Program-made: the position numbers and the translations under genes | Shown here: one piece after another, positions 14,701 to 29,700 of the stretch | Layout: the number at the start of each line of letters is the position of its first letter | Numbering within the stretch: position 1 is the first letter of the stretch | DNA from: Tubiluchus corallicola | Lineage: Eukaryota > Animalia > Priapulida | Length of the DNA stretch: 64,000 bases | Reading direction: 5' to 3' | NCBI GenBank assembly: GCA_030141605.1 | Contig: JAQGDQ010002378.1 | Span: 62,001 to 126,000, forward strand | The notes under the pieces: generated by a model | Databases searched by the model: none | Seen by the model: only the letters and a program-made list of their open reading frames with translations | Told to the model about the DNA's origin: nothing

Positions 14701-17700
14701 TCTGGTCATTGACATCAGGGAAGTGAGAGACATATATAGGAGGTCGGAACAACAAAAAATGTACTACATGTGCCTCGGTATTATTTCCTTGGTGATTGGT
14801 AGTAAGACAATGCATGATACATGCACCTTAGCATTATTTCTCTGGTGGTTGGGAGCAGGAAAGGCAATATTTGTCTGGTGATTGGTGGCAGCGAAATGTA
14901 CGATACATGTCTTCGCATTATTTCTCTGACAGCTGGAAGCAAGCAAATGTATGATATGCACATTTTGTCCTTGGTGGCTAGCAGAAGATTGATTGTGCAA
15001 ATGCGAGAAAAGTAGCGATGACCTACCTTACTCAACAGGTTAAAACTAACTAAAAAGGCCTAATATAATCCCGGTTATAGCAGTTAAATGCTTCACTCAT
15101 CCAGCTGTTATAAAGTCAGCCAGTAGAGCGGTGAAGTACATTAGTTCCGCGTACGGCAAGTCGTATGGCCAGAACTGAACGGTCATAATGCAAACGTGAA
15201 ATACTGGAAGCAACTAATAAAAGGTTATATATCATCTAGAAGATAGTTAGTTTTAAAAGCATACAATCTGCTATTGTTACCTGTGCATTCCTGTAAAACT
15301 TGCAGCCAATGTTTGAAACATCACATTGCATTGAACAACATTCACAACAACATTTACCGAACATTTACCCATAAACCAATACACACAAACAAGAAAAGTG
15401 AACTTACATTCTGTTTTAAATGTGAAATACTCTGTGAGGTGTCTACACTCATGGTTTCCCCTTAGCAGGAATAATGTGGTAGGGTAAAGCAGTTTCAGCG
15501 CCCATAGATAAACTACACACTGAAATGAAAAATAACTTTGTCTGTCACAAAATATTTTTTCATAGTACGAAAAAAGTGAACATTGTAAGATTTCAGCCAA
15601 CCTACTTAAGCAGAATTTGTATAGCCTACTCAGTTTATATATACAATTTAAATGTTTAACAAATGTACAATGCCCAATGTTACATTCAGGTAACATCTAG
15701 AGTAGCACATAGTTCCAAGACCCTATGCTGAAGTTAAATGCTTGCAGCAGTTCAGTTGAATATGCATCATGTTCATCAGTAGAGTTTAAACATTCAAACT
15801 TCGTATAACTTCATTCAAAAGAATTTTGTTTTTATTCAATATATTCAACCTGTACTAGAGCTTGTTGGAACACAGCGTGTGCGACAATTGATTTTGTGAT
15901 CTTATTTCAATGGTCATTATTTGCATAATTAAAGTTTTTTAGAGGTACTATAACAAAAGCCAGATAACAGACACTCCAGTATAAAAATTTACAGGAGTCA
16001 GAACAGTATACCGGACCAGGCTGTCTGAAAGTTCATCAATCAATCTGAATACTAAATTTTATTACAATGAATGTTTATACACTAAACAAAATGTTGACAC
16101 AAAGCATGTGTTCAATGTATGTGTACTCCATGGGCGAAAAGTGCACTGTGCCTTGTGCACTGAACTGCGAACTGAATAACCAAACTGATATATTTACCAA
16201 AATGTGGTAGTAATTTTAAAAATTACGAAATGGTTAAAAGAAAAATATTTCACTGAAAAAATATAACTTTACATAATGCTGCTAGTTTGCAAGCCATACT
16301 AAACAATAATTAAGTACATAGTATAAAGTTAGAAAATTATGCTTCAAGGTACAAATCGTTCATAATATATGTAGCTTAAGACTTAGGTGGACCCATCTAC
16401 TATATTCGAAGAGTATCCTATTGTAAAGGAAGGAAATCACTTAATGTAAATGATATTTACCTGATGCACTGGTTAGCACAGCAATCAAGGTATGTTGTTT
16501 GACTATCTTTAAAGAGTCGGACGTATTCGTAAGGGGCCAAAGCAAATGCGATGTGGGGATTACTTAGCTGTTATTTAAACGGTTTGGATCACTTTTTATA
16601 TGCCCTACCATTTTAACTAGTGCTGTTCTAAACTTTGTATCCTTAACTGAAGATAAAATTCATCAGCTAAAGAATATTCCACAATTATGCTTCAAAACCA
16701 TTTTCAAGTTATGGCATGTAAGATACTTGGATTGACTGTTCTATGTATGTGAGATTTTCAGTTTTCTTATAACACTACTAAAATTTACTAGTTTTGTATT
16801 GTGCATGGATAAACACAAATAAATAAAACAATATTGAAAAGATGTAAAACTTTATTTGCTTGAAATTTTTACTTTCATTTGATATGTGAAACTAAGTATC
16901 AGGGAGTTGTTTTACATTTTGATCTAGCAGAAACATTACAATGGGTCCACCACTGCTAATAATTTAGATGAATAATCACAATCATTAGGAGTTCAGACAA
17001 TAAAATGAACAATGAGAACTTGAGAAAACTACCTGGCAGAAAAATAACTGTATACCGATGACATGGAGACATTTTAAAGCAATTTAAATGTTTTTAAATT
17101 CTGAATAAAACTGTCCCAGTGTTAGTATTGTAACTATCTGCGAATGTAAGAAACTCCGCGTGTGTTTGACAACGAGTACTCAAGTACCACTTACATTATC
17201 CTCAATGAAAATTGCATCAACGATGCAATGTTAATAAAGAATTTGATACAATGAGGCTGTCACTTCAAACATTAAGAATTACCCAACAAACAAACTGACA
17301 CAGGAAAGAATAAAACCGATACATGCGCTTAAAAAAGAAATTTCAAATTACATCCTACTTTGATGTAAATATTAGAGCGCTGAAAATATATGATGTTTAT
17401 ATTAAAGTGCCTTTACATGTCTAACTCAAGCTTAGAAACAGACAATTCTACTTCTGAGATAATTTCACAGCAGGACAGTGATTATTACAGTAAACAGCAA
17501 ATTACATATGGTATCACCATTATCTAACGTAAGGTGGAATAATTTTATTTTGAAAACTGCATGCATGTTTTTTAAATAAATATGCTTTTTTAAATCTTTT
17601 AAAACCAAAAGTTATTTTAACTAAATTTAACAAAATTAGATGCCAATATGAACAATTCTTCAGTGGTTATGTAGGCTTATTGCACTTTAGTCATGTGATT

Positions 17701-20700
17701 TTACACATTTTTTGTAGCTTGTCGCAATAAGGGAAAATGTTTAGAGATGTTGCTTACTAAAACATTTATTAAGTTTTATTCATAATAATTTAATTGGCAA
17801 GAGGTGGAAAAATTACACTAAGTAATTTGCATTTTGCTCTAATTTGAAGTGGCTGAATTTTGAAGAATGCTTAATCAGTGATTCAAGTGCTGACAGCTGT
17901 GAAGGTTCGGGGTGTCTGACTCGATAGTCCACATGCTTTTTACAACCCTTCATCTAAATACTACTTTCATAACTAAATGATACTGTTGGTGGTTAGACCT
18001 TTTGTTTCATTCTTACTTTAATATTTATCTGATATTTCTTATCATACTCAGAAATTTGGCCTCATTTGTCTTATATTTCTTAGTGTAAAGCTCAAGATTT
18101 GCATTATGCAGCTTTTCTGTCACATCTGGCACTGGAATAAATAAATTATTTTGTAATGACTAACACACGTTCAATTAACACATGTATATAATTCATTAAG
18201 CATCACTTTCTCATACATACCTCTATACTAAAATATCCCCTATCAACATAATCACCAAGAAAAAGATACCGCGTCGATGAGGGTGGACCACCCACTTCAA
18301 ACAGTTTCATAAGGTCATAGAACTGACCGTGAATATCACCACAAACTGAAAAAGAAGAAAAAGGTCAGTAAAAAGCATGCAATCAAAATGTCTCAGAATA
18401 GTACCCATAGCTAACACATCAAAAAATTGGCAACAATTTAACTAACGCTTATATAAAATAGGCCTAAAAATTTAATTAAATTCAACTTTGTTTACTTTGT
18501 TAATTAATAATGTACGCAGAAATGAAAAGACAAGAAACCGTAATGACCCTTGAGTCAAACTAACTTTAATTCTGGCGACGTTAGTTTGCATGAAATAACA
18601 AACAGTGATCAATACAATGGCTGAAAAGGCAAAAACGTAAGAAAAACGTAAGAAACAATATTAGCCTATTACCATCTTGAAAACTTTTATATACAAATAC
18701 AAAAATGGTGATTATTGAAAGAAAACAATGCAAAAATTTAGGATAAACTAAATAAGAAACAATAGGTGAATTAATATGTTAGGATAAAAATAAATAAGAA
18801 GCAATAGGTGAATTAATATGTTCATAGTATATCTCTTCAGGTAGTCATCATACCTTAAAAACAATCAGACTACTTTAAAATATATTGGGCATTCAGAGCT
18901 CGGTAATGGAGAAAACATTGCCTATAATTATATTTGAAGGAATTTGCTAAATGTGAAAATTGTGTTATACATGTAAAATAAATATTACTATTTTGTGGAA
19001 AGTTACTGTTCTGAGCCTGTGCAAGCAAAATATATATGGCAATTCACGGTTTATTGAGCTTTATGCTTTTGATACTTCAATACACATTTAATGTCATAAT
19101 AGAAACCTTTAGGATATTTGGCATAACAACATAACGCACTGCTGTCAAATTCCAAATCATCAGCAATTTCGACAAACAATAAACGACCTCAATGTTATCA
19201 ATATGATATATACAAATATTACAATAATCAGCAAGAGCGTATAGTGTCTACAGACTGCGCTCTCAATGTTTGATCATTCCCAGCAAGTTATACAATTACC
19301 AAGCAATTCAATAACCGTGTACGTGCAATTGCCTCAATCCATATCTTCGTTAATGAGTGCAAGCAGCATCCGCATGACAGCGCGGATGCGAATAAAAACA
19401 GTGTTTTTTTAGATTTGCTTGCATAAACACGGGGAAAAACGCTGAAGCTGCTGTAGGGCAGCCAACAACTAACAGGGCAACATGGACAATCGATTACACA
19501 GCAACCACCTAAATGAATTAACATGAAAGGAGGCAGCTTGTATGGAGCTCAATATAAAACTATATCTATTAAACAAAACGAAAAGTGTCACGTTTGTTTT
19601 CATCAAGCCATTGAAATCGAAATATTATAACGACATATTTTCTCCTAAGGTCATTTGTTGAACACTCTTCATGTTTTTAGGATTACATAGACCCGGTGGT
19701 AAACAGTTGATACACGCTGCTAGCTAGGGAGATAGAGATCGGTTAAATAATAAAAAAATGAAAATTCATACCAGATTAATAGTATGTACGGACCCTTATC
19801 ATGAGCTTAGGCCAAGATGGATAACATAAATTTAGATATATCATGATTATTTATCTACAGATTCAATAAGGATTGTGTCTATAGTCTACACAGGTTGTAG
19901 ACCTGCCACAAGAGGTTGTACTTTGCGAGTACAATGAAACAGTACAGTTGAATTACAGGTATTCTATACGAAAATCCTGAAACCCACAAGTGGACATTTG
20001 AAAAAACTCTTCCCAAGCTACTGAAGATTCCAAGATGGAAAACTGAAGATTGCACAATGAAAAAGACAATTTTAATCCAGGGTGCAAACAAACAAACCTA
20101 CAGGAAATGAAGACATGTGCAGGGAGATTCTAGCCTGGATCTGGTATAGTACACGAACACACTGTCCAGTATTACAGGAGCTGGGAAAGCAAATATTGAT
20201 CCAAGACTCTTATTACAGCAGGCGCAGGCTTCATTCTCTTGACTATACGCCATAGAACATGGCTTCATGTAGAATTATCACTGAGCCAGGGAGCAGAAGC
20301 ACAGCGCGAGTTTGTTCTGCCGACAATGGCCATTATTCAATTTCAAGGTGCATTTCTATCCCACGCTCCTCTGCGCTTTAGAGTGGAAGAGTAACTGTGT
20401 TTATTTCTGGCCATTATTCGTTAACAATCAGTTTCACTAACAGTCATTGGCATAAAAGGCTTTATATTATTTCGTCATAAAATGAAACAATATAAATTTA
20501 TTTATGCTGAAGGCGATACAATAATTACAATAACTAACAACTGTTTGCTGACTTGTCATTTAGTCCATACACGCCGTTAGTTATGTGTTTCATAATAAAG
20601 CTTTGGAAGTACGATTTTTATGTATTAACTTTACAAGAAAACATTCACACACCAGAAGAACGATGAAATTATCACATAATCTCAATGTTTTTGCATCTGT

Positions 20701-23700
20701 AATGCACCGATATTGGTGTTTAAGTGAGTAACGGTTATCTAATATAATATAATTTAATTACTATAATTTACCAAAACTATGCTATATTTTTCGAATGAAC
20801 GAGTTAATGAAATAAAATGAATTAAAATCTAATTTCCAGGAGATTCTGCATAAGTTAATTGCGACTGATTATACATGTGCTGTCACTACTAATACAGTGA
20901 TAAGTGAAATAATGATTAACATCTAAAAAAGTTATTAATTGTGGTAAATGCTAGGGCCGGCCACAAAAAAATTGTGAAAAAATCTCTTTCAAACAAAATT
21001 TTTTTATTAAAGCTTTGTGAATGTTTAAAGCTGAGTCGTGGAATATTTAAAATCAGTTGAAATCAAAGTTTGTTTATTTCCCACTCGTTAGCAGTAATGT
21101 TTTAAATTTTTCAATGCACAATTTTTCATGCCTTGCTTTTTAGTTTCGCAATACTAAATTATCATACAATTATCGATTATTGTATAGTCTCTTTTTTGTA
21201 TCATGAACGTGTATGTTCTGTTAATTATGGTATAAGTGGCAACACTACTTTAATCACATATTTGTATTGTGTATGGAGATTTAGAGGTAAACAAATAATT
21301 GCAAAAGCAATGTTTTTTGTGGACATAAGGTGGTGGTGCTAATTACAAACATAACTTTGCCCAAAGGAATAGCATCACAAAGGTTTAATTGTAATTTGCG
21401 ATTATGAATTTTATATATGTAATGTAACTGTAAATCTGTATAATCAATCATATTTAATTATACTGTACGTAATCGACACCTTAGCACGTGTCTCACGCTC
21501 AGACTCTGTCATAATGGTAATAAGAAGAGCTCTAATAACAAAGGTGAAGCAAGGTGACACTTGTACCTTGCTTGGCTTGTGGATAATATAGTAAGCGTTT
21601 ACTGGGAAATTACTGCTTACCTGTAACTGGAGCTTCTACATCTATCATTGTTTTTTCAGCTCGTAATAATGCGGCACCATCATTTATAATTTTAAGAGCT
21701 ACTGCTTCCTCTACTCGACCCTCTAAAATAAAGTGTTGCTTCATAACTTCCATGCGAGGCTTCCCTTTTGCGTCGAACACCTCTGACATTGTGAGCCGAT
21801 GTGATGGTGGGAAAGGCACACCTAAAAAGAAAAGCATCATATAGGCTCATAGTATACTTACTAATGTACTACTTTACAAAATACAAAATACAAGGAGAAA
21901 AATGTGCAATTCAGGCATAATGACTGGACAATCGTAAAAAGTGGGTTTCTCCAATCAAGCAATGTAAAACTATACGATTTTTATGTACCATTAGCCCACA
22001 ATATCACTTATGCTGGACTAATTTTAAGTCTAATAAACCAGAAATTCACTGATTAATCTCTAAACTCTGCACAGTCGACATGAGAACATAAAGTAGACCT
22101 AGAGAGCAATACTATTTAATTTCTGGGTGATTTCAAAACATCGCTGATCTTACTTTCGTATGATGTATTAAGAGCTTTCCCATGAACAAGTCCAATACAC
22201 AAATAGCTTTTGCTGTTTCGCATCGCCTGCTCTGCTCTTGAAATTGCCCAAATTTTTTGCAAACTATCTGCAGTCTTAATACAAAACAGAACTTTTTCAG
22301 CTAATCCCTGATAACTGGGGAATACTCTTTTCTAGGATTATTGCAGTTGCGCAAGTGTGAAGATTTTGGAACGCTAATTATGCGTAAGAAAAAGAAGATC
22401 CTATCTTGAATGCGATGTGACAAAACAGGTCAAAGTGCACTGCAGTACGCTGCAATAAGCTATTAAGCGATGTTTGCAGAACACTAGCAACAATTTTGTA
22501 AATCACTGTTTTATCTAATGTTTTGATAAGAGTAAATGAGAGTGGAGTTCAAATACACATGCAGTCTTGTTCAGCCAGAACTGCACGTATTAACGGGAAA
22601 CCTGGCAAGTGATTTATAAAGAAAGCTTGTAACCGTATTTTTAATTTAGACGTGAACTTTGGTTATTGGAACGAACGTGCACAAGTTACGAGTATTACAT
22701 GCCAGCAATCGTAATTTTGCCTTTATAAATGCCAAACATAGGTTGGTGCATAGTTTTTCTTAATTTATCCAAGCTAAGCAATTTTTAGCTAACGTTAGCG
22801 TTCATCGAGGAAAAATGTATACATGATATGCATGTATACAAAACATGACTAATACACCTAACTGTTGATATTACTAGCTACTGGTTCTTCCACAACTACA
22901 AAATTAGAAGCATTATGATGAGCGCAGGATACCAGAATGCAGGGTCAACTAGAGTCAGACACGTGTTTCATTATTACTGGTGAAAAAAATGATAATTCAC
23001 CCGATAAATCACTAGCAGATATAATTAGATTGTTGAATTTTTCACATTTCCAGTATTTCGGGTGCCTTGATTTAATAAATAAATATTTACAAAATTATGG
23101 GGCTTGTGCACTGGATCATTGGAACGATTGCATTAGAATTAGGCGCATAAATGTTTAATTTTGGACATGCCTCCAACCTTATACATCTGGTGATGGCCTC
23201 AAAGACCCCTGCTATTTATGTACAGCATAATGGTCACACAGACAACAGTTCTCTTCGAGCCAATAACAATAAGCTGAAACTACAGTAGTGATTTATTGAT
23301 AACAGGTAGCGTTCGGCACAGAGCAGCATCATATTGATCCATCACGCACATGCACGCAAAAGATGTGGGAGGACGGAAATAAGCAGTCAAGATGTGGGGC
23401 AGCGATTATGGCTTCTCTATTGCACTGAACGCTCGCACCCTGAACTGGGCTTCACTTTGCTTGTTACCTACGATTTCTGAAAATACCCAAATCCAGATAT
23501 AGTAATATTTAATTAATTAGTGGCAGTGTGGTGCATAGCAGTAGGTCCTTGAAATTATCTATAAATATGCTGACGAATGTCTTACGCAATAGAAGCAACA
23601 GCTGTTAACATTATCTTACATGCACTGCTTAACAAAATTAGGGTGATTATGCACAATTAATTCTACGACGCTTAAACAGACTTTGAATGACGCACGTGTT

Positions 23701-26700
23701 TACGCAAAACATTTGTGCAGTCCTTCACTAGTCCTTTTCAATTAAATTACCTTAGATGGTAGGGCAAACCTACCAGTAAGGTTCTATGTGAATTTGGAGA
23801 CACTCATGACATTCTACACCTATCAAAACATGCAAATATACAATGAAAAAGTTCTCGAAAAGAAAAGCTGAAGCTGAACTGTGTGGCGTCATAAGTCAAA
23901 ATGAATGTTTTATGGACTACTAGCGTGGTAGATAAAAGTGGCGTTTGATGGAGAATGTCCAAAGAATACCTTCTAATATATCACGCATGTAAATTCTTCC
24001 AATAAACGGTTGAACTGGGTTTAATCTGTAGGGCTTCTATAAGTCACTATATATTTTGATTTTTTGTCCAATCTTGGTAAGCTCTTACTCGAATCAAAAA
24101 GGGTCTAGGGCAATTTTTATTGAGTTTTTGACCGGAACTCCGTTGCTATGGCGACGACAGTAGCGTTAGAAATGACGTCAAAATTTCAGCGGAAATTTAG
24201 AGCACCACATCGGCAGTGCACTAAAAACAATGTAGTTTTTCAACAAGGTGCAGCCCTTCCTCACAACTCAGGGGCTGTGAGAGACTTCTTCAATGCAAGA
24301 TGCCCCACTTGCCACAGTAACGTTCTCTAAAACTCTTGAAGTCCTTGAAGAAGGTGGCTAAAATAGAAAAAACCTACTCGAGCAGTAGTCTTTTCAGATT
24401 ATCGTCTAATTTGCCTAAAAGAATTTCTCAAGGTTTCAGTTCATCAGTATGAATTACTTTCAAAGATTTTGCTTTGCTTATTGAAAAATACAGGAAATGT
24501 AAAGTGTTATAGTGATTTCTGAGACACCCTGTACAAAAAATATTGTGGAAAGTAAGCATTTGAATTAATATTATACTACCTGAAATCTTGCAATGAGACA
24601 AGCAAAACTGCACGAATTTGCTCTATATGAGACTCAGAAGTTAGTTGAAGGGTCGTTTTCCATGCTTAGTGTTATCACTAAGATTCACTACAAACATTTC
24701 ACTATTTAATAAATTTTATAGAGAACATATAGACAGTAGTCTGTACAGTATTAACTATGATCCTGGTGACAATGAGCGCGCTCTACCTGAAATGATTCGC
24801 TACATCGAGACTGCTACCCGCTATGAGTGCCAGAAAACTTAACATGTTCGTAAACGTTTAGTAAAACTTCAGCAAAAGCTAAATCATACAATTGAACTAA
24901 GTTCACTAGGCGCTTTCAGGGGCTGCTTCTATGTGGTGTCGACCAGTATTATATTGTACATTTTGCCTTTTAGTTTCGTAACTTTTTTATCATTCTGTTT
25001 ATCAACCTAACGAATTCTAGTTGGCAGACACTGGCATTTGAACAACACTATGTTCCACACTAGGGGTGAGCATCGAACGTTTGAGTGCGAACGAGTTTTT
25101 TAGTTCGAATTCGTTTCGAACCTAAAACAATAGATTCAAATAATTCAGCACTTCAACCACATGCGTTCTTTATCATTAAAATGTTTGAAACACCATGCAA
25201 TTAGCATAATTTAGCTGTGATTTCTGTGCACAATTTTTTAGACACATTATTAGTGGTTTTACTGTAGAACAAAGTCGAGTAATATGCATGATCTTTGTAA
25301 AACTAATTTTTACTGGTGGTTCGAAAACTGGTTCGAAAATCATTCAATCTCAATTTGAAATCGAAATAATGAAGTTCGGTTCAATTCGAATTAGAAAGTC
25401 ACAAATTCGATTCGATTCGATTCGAATTCGCTTTCTGGTAGAGAATGCTCACCCCTATTCCAACACTACATTTACCCATTTTTAGCAACTATAATTATGG
25501 ACTTTCTGCTTCCATTATTTGTTAATCACCTCCGCCAACTTTCGAAAAAAATTTCTTTGTGTAACAAGGTGTTTTTTGAAATAAAAGAGGCAATCACGCT
25601 AACACGACCACAAGACCAGCCTTATTGCATTATTCAGACAGTGAATAAAATGCAAGGCAAACAAAAATACAGTTCCTTGACACACGGAAAGCTTTCCGAG
25701 TCTCATGCGCAGTTATGAGGAAGCTGTGATCAGTTCCAAATATAGTTTCTCCAGCAGCTGGAATATGAAGCCATGCATTACAGAACTGTGTCTTTTCGCG
25801 CCAATTACTGGGTCAGTTGGGCTTCCCTTTCCAAGTGCTAAACTTAGGTGCTTTAAACTATAAAGCCTAGAACCCGCTCTTGACCGCAAAAGAAAACAAA
25901 CAAAGCTCCAAGATAAACTGCCAATACAATACCGACTGGACTACTTAAGTAGCATCTCCTACGAAAATACAGACTGGGCTTTTTTAAATTAATTATTTCG
26001 ACTTCTTTCAGAAACAGATTTACAAGCAGTATTTGATTTAGTACCATAAGCCTCTTAAGTTGTGGGACAACGTGGGACATCAGTCATCTTTCTGCAATCC
26101 ACACTCGTTCCCATTAAGAGATACCCGTATATATTCTACACTTTTTTTACCCTTTCAGTTTCAGTCTTCAGATGAAAAATATTAGCATTCTGTAAGTGGG
26201 CCATTCTCCACAGAACGTACAATTTTTGTCCCAGGATAATTTTTTTAAATAACAAAGTTTCTGGTGCAATACTGTCTCATGACTGGTAGACACCAAAGAA
26301 ACTTATTCCAGTTGTATTTGTTGCCAGAAAAGTGATTTGGACATTTCTATTGAAGCTGAAATCAGTTCCTGTGAAAGTTTTTCCTATGTCCCCAGTGCCC
26401 ATTTTCAACTTTTCTAGATAGATTTGGCAGAAAGTATCCGTTTAAAAACTAATTTGCAGTATTTTATTCTAAACAGCACACTAAAGGTGAAACTCCTCTT
26501 CCCAAATACTTTCAGAACTAGCAAATATTTGTGTTGTTTAATTTCACGTGTGTCTCCAAGTTCAACGACATTCCTGTTACTTTGGTGGAAAAGCTGAGGC
26601 ATGTACCACTGATTGACTCTATTGTTTTAAATATTTGTTAGTAGAGAGCACCACCTATTGTGATTTGGCAAACTTTTTAACGGTGGCTTCTCCAATATTT

Positions 26701-29700
26701 TTTTAAGTTTTCTGACAAAAGTTTGGGTTCATTGTTTCTGGATATGTTAATTCATGATCATTACTGTTATATATCCCGTTATTAGAAAACAGAACATAAA
26801 ATGCTTATAATCATGCCTGGTTAATTTTAGTACTTTACTGTGTTGAATCTAATTATTTGGAAAGGGTGAAGTAGGATAGTTAGCCCGTGTGAGCAGGTTT
26901 TTTTCCTTGACAGTCATTCCTGTTACTGTCACTCCTGTTATAATCGTTCAAGTTACAGGAGTGACAACAAAGTAACAGCAATGACACGTAAGAAGATATC
27001 TTGATATTTCAGAGTAGTATTGTGTAGTAGCAGAGAGACCATCTGGCTTATAGAAAGGAAACTAGCACAACATGAAGTTTCTGCTTTTCACAGTTTAAAC
27101 AATGGCATGGGTAGATTAGCCAATAGATGTACCTGTAGAAGACAAAGGCATTTATAATTTAATATTTTCTTATGGCGTTCCATTAGCAGCTGCGATAATG
27201 TACGTGCAGTTTGAGTTTCAACAAGATTACTGTTCCTGTGATTTTTCTTAAAACAAATCTGTTTTTGGCCAAATCTGTTCTGACCTATTTCATAAACAAT
27301 CCATTATATAATGAATATTAGTAAATTTACATTAGAGAAATCCAACGTTTCCAGCTAGGAACATCACTAAAGAAACACGTAGTTGAATCTGCCTTAATTG
27401 TAAAAACTTAGCTTTAAATAAAAATCACACACGCATGCACGCACACACATGCACGCGCGCACACGCACACACACATATATAATATATATATTAAAGAATT
27501 ATCATTCTATATTATATTAATGATAGATTACATTTTCTGTTTTTCTCCTCTATGATTATTGTTTTCATAGATACCCTTAGTTTTGCTATAATGCTTTTGT
27601 TTTGTTTCGAATTTTAATGCCTCATAATATACTCCTGACAAAGATTGCTAGAGCATAGCAGAAACGACGGATTTTCAAATTAAAATTTATTATATAGTGA
27701 GTTTTTTATGGATATTGTTCTTTTTATAAAAAATTTAAAAGCTGTATTTTTTCTGTTCTTGTCAAACAGTTACGAAGATTTAATAAAACACTTGTTGTTG
27801 CTTATATAGTGTGTATATGTGTCATTCTTGTTGTACTGTTACCTCACTAGTCATTGCTGTTACCTTGTCATTCCTGTTATTGCCCAAAATTTCTCTATAG
27901 TTCTGAAACAGAATCTTCTTCTGAGCAATGAAGTGTCACATCTCATTTATTTTTATTACCATTACATTTCTACAATGTGATATGTTTTCGTCCTTCCTCG
28001 TAAATGAGCTACGTCCATTCAAGATGCATGACAGATGCAAACACTGCCTAACAAACGTGAAAACCAGTTCAACTTATAAAAAGGTTGCATTTGTACAAAA
28101 ATATGACCAGATTTTTATAGCAAGGGACAAAAATATATTTTATGAGACCATTCGTTTATGACACTGCTTGATGTTTATAGGTTGTATTGCACACCTCTTG
28201 TCTGTAACAGTAATGACAAAAGTAATTATTCGGATAACTTTAAAATGGTTATAGTAAATTTTTACAAGTGTTTTAATTTAAGCTCTGACAGTATCCTTTT
28301 TGTATACAAGGGAACCTTATTAATAACAGGGCAGAGTAGTTTTAAGAACATCTTTCCAGTCCTTTGGCAGATTTTTTTCACATCTGTTTTGCACGTTCGG
28401 TAGAGAATAGACATAAAATAAATTTCTGGAAAGTTCTGGATATGATATCCTCAAACAGTCTACTATGAAACTATAACTGCAGTAAAATGCAAAATGATGG
28501 TAAGGAAACTTGTGCTGTCAGAATACAGACGTATGCATATGATGGTAAATTCGTAAAGATTATCATTTTAATCTCAAAACAAAACATACATAACTTGCAG
28601 GAAAATAAAAAAATATAATTTGCACTTTTTTGCATTTTATAATATTAAACTCAAACTAAATTAAAAAATCAAGAAGATTCTGCTATAAGCAGAATCTTAA
28701 CTAAAGTAACTTAAGTAAAGGGACATAGTTGCCATGACGAGGTCGATATATTCTGAGACAATTTCAAAGATGTATATTCTCCAATGACACTTAAAATGAT
28801 ACTAAATTTCTAATTTGGCCAGAATTCTAATTTGAATTTTTAATAGAAGAAACTTTAAACGTGTCCGAGTTACAATGCGTGTGGATTTAAAAACTTAAAA
28901 CTTCAAACAAAGATCTAAATTCAGATACAGGTATACTTGAAGGCTTTGAAAAACCACAGACTACCATCATATCCTGCGGGTTTACGTACATGGAGGCTGT
29001 CACAAAAATATGTTTTCTGCATAACATATGTTAGTGATTGTTGTTATCTGATGCTTATAATGAATCATAATTCACTTAGTTGTCACTCGATCACGTACAC
29101 TTGAGCGATAGTTACAGAACTTTGCTATACACAAATCTTCAAGAAAGCTGTGCCAACTGACCCCAAAATTTACAGTATGTATACGAGGTTGAACCATGCC
29201 CTACAGTTGTAAGACGTTTCAACTTTTTAGATTACTCGGGAGCGAGCGAAAGTGGTAACAGACTGACAGACAAAGAGACAGATAGATGTTTAGGACCGAA
29301 ACTTCTGTAGTCGGCTCCGCGCTTGAAAGATGCCCTTCCACTGCGCGAGGTGATATCCTTCAATGTTACTTGACGGTTAATTACGTAAAAAAATGGCCAG
29401 ATACTGATAAACGTACAGATACATATAGACGTATAGAAAGTATAGACATCTAGAGACGCATGACGTACAGATACAAACAAACATATATGACCAATAAACC
29501 TATAGTCGCGGTACGCAGCTTATTATAGCGATAAAAATATTCTTATTATACCGTATAATTGTTATGCGTCAAAAGTTCAAAACTACACCGATTGATTGAA
29601 AAACTAACAGCTTGAATGATGCCCTATGTCCGTGCGAGGTATAGATAACCTACATTACTCCACGGCCGAGAAAAAGTAGTGACTGACGGACAGACAGACA

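Noticed and set aside
13636-15035. Cluster of overlapping short ORFs and a CRISPR-like appearance
   Set aside because: These arise from the 53-bp minisatellite; there are no unique spacers and no cas genes, and the context is a eukaryotic intron
27635-27672. CTGACAAAGA-TTGCTA-gagca-TAGCA-GAAACGAC, Penelope-type minimal hammerhead-like motif
   Set aside because: The CUGANGA core and the cleavage triplet are disrupted; an inactive relic at best
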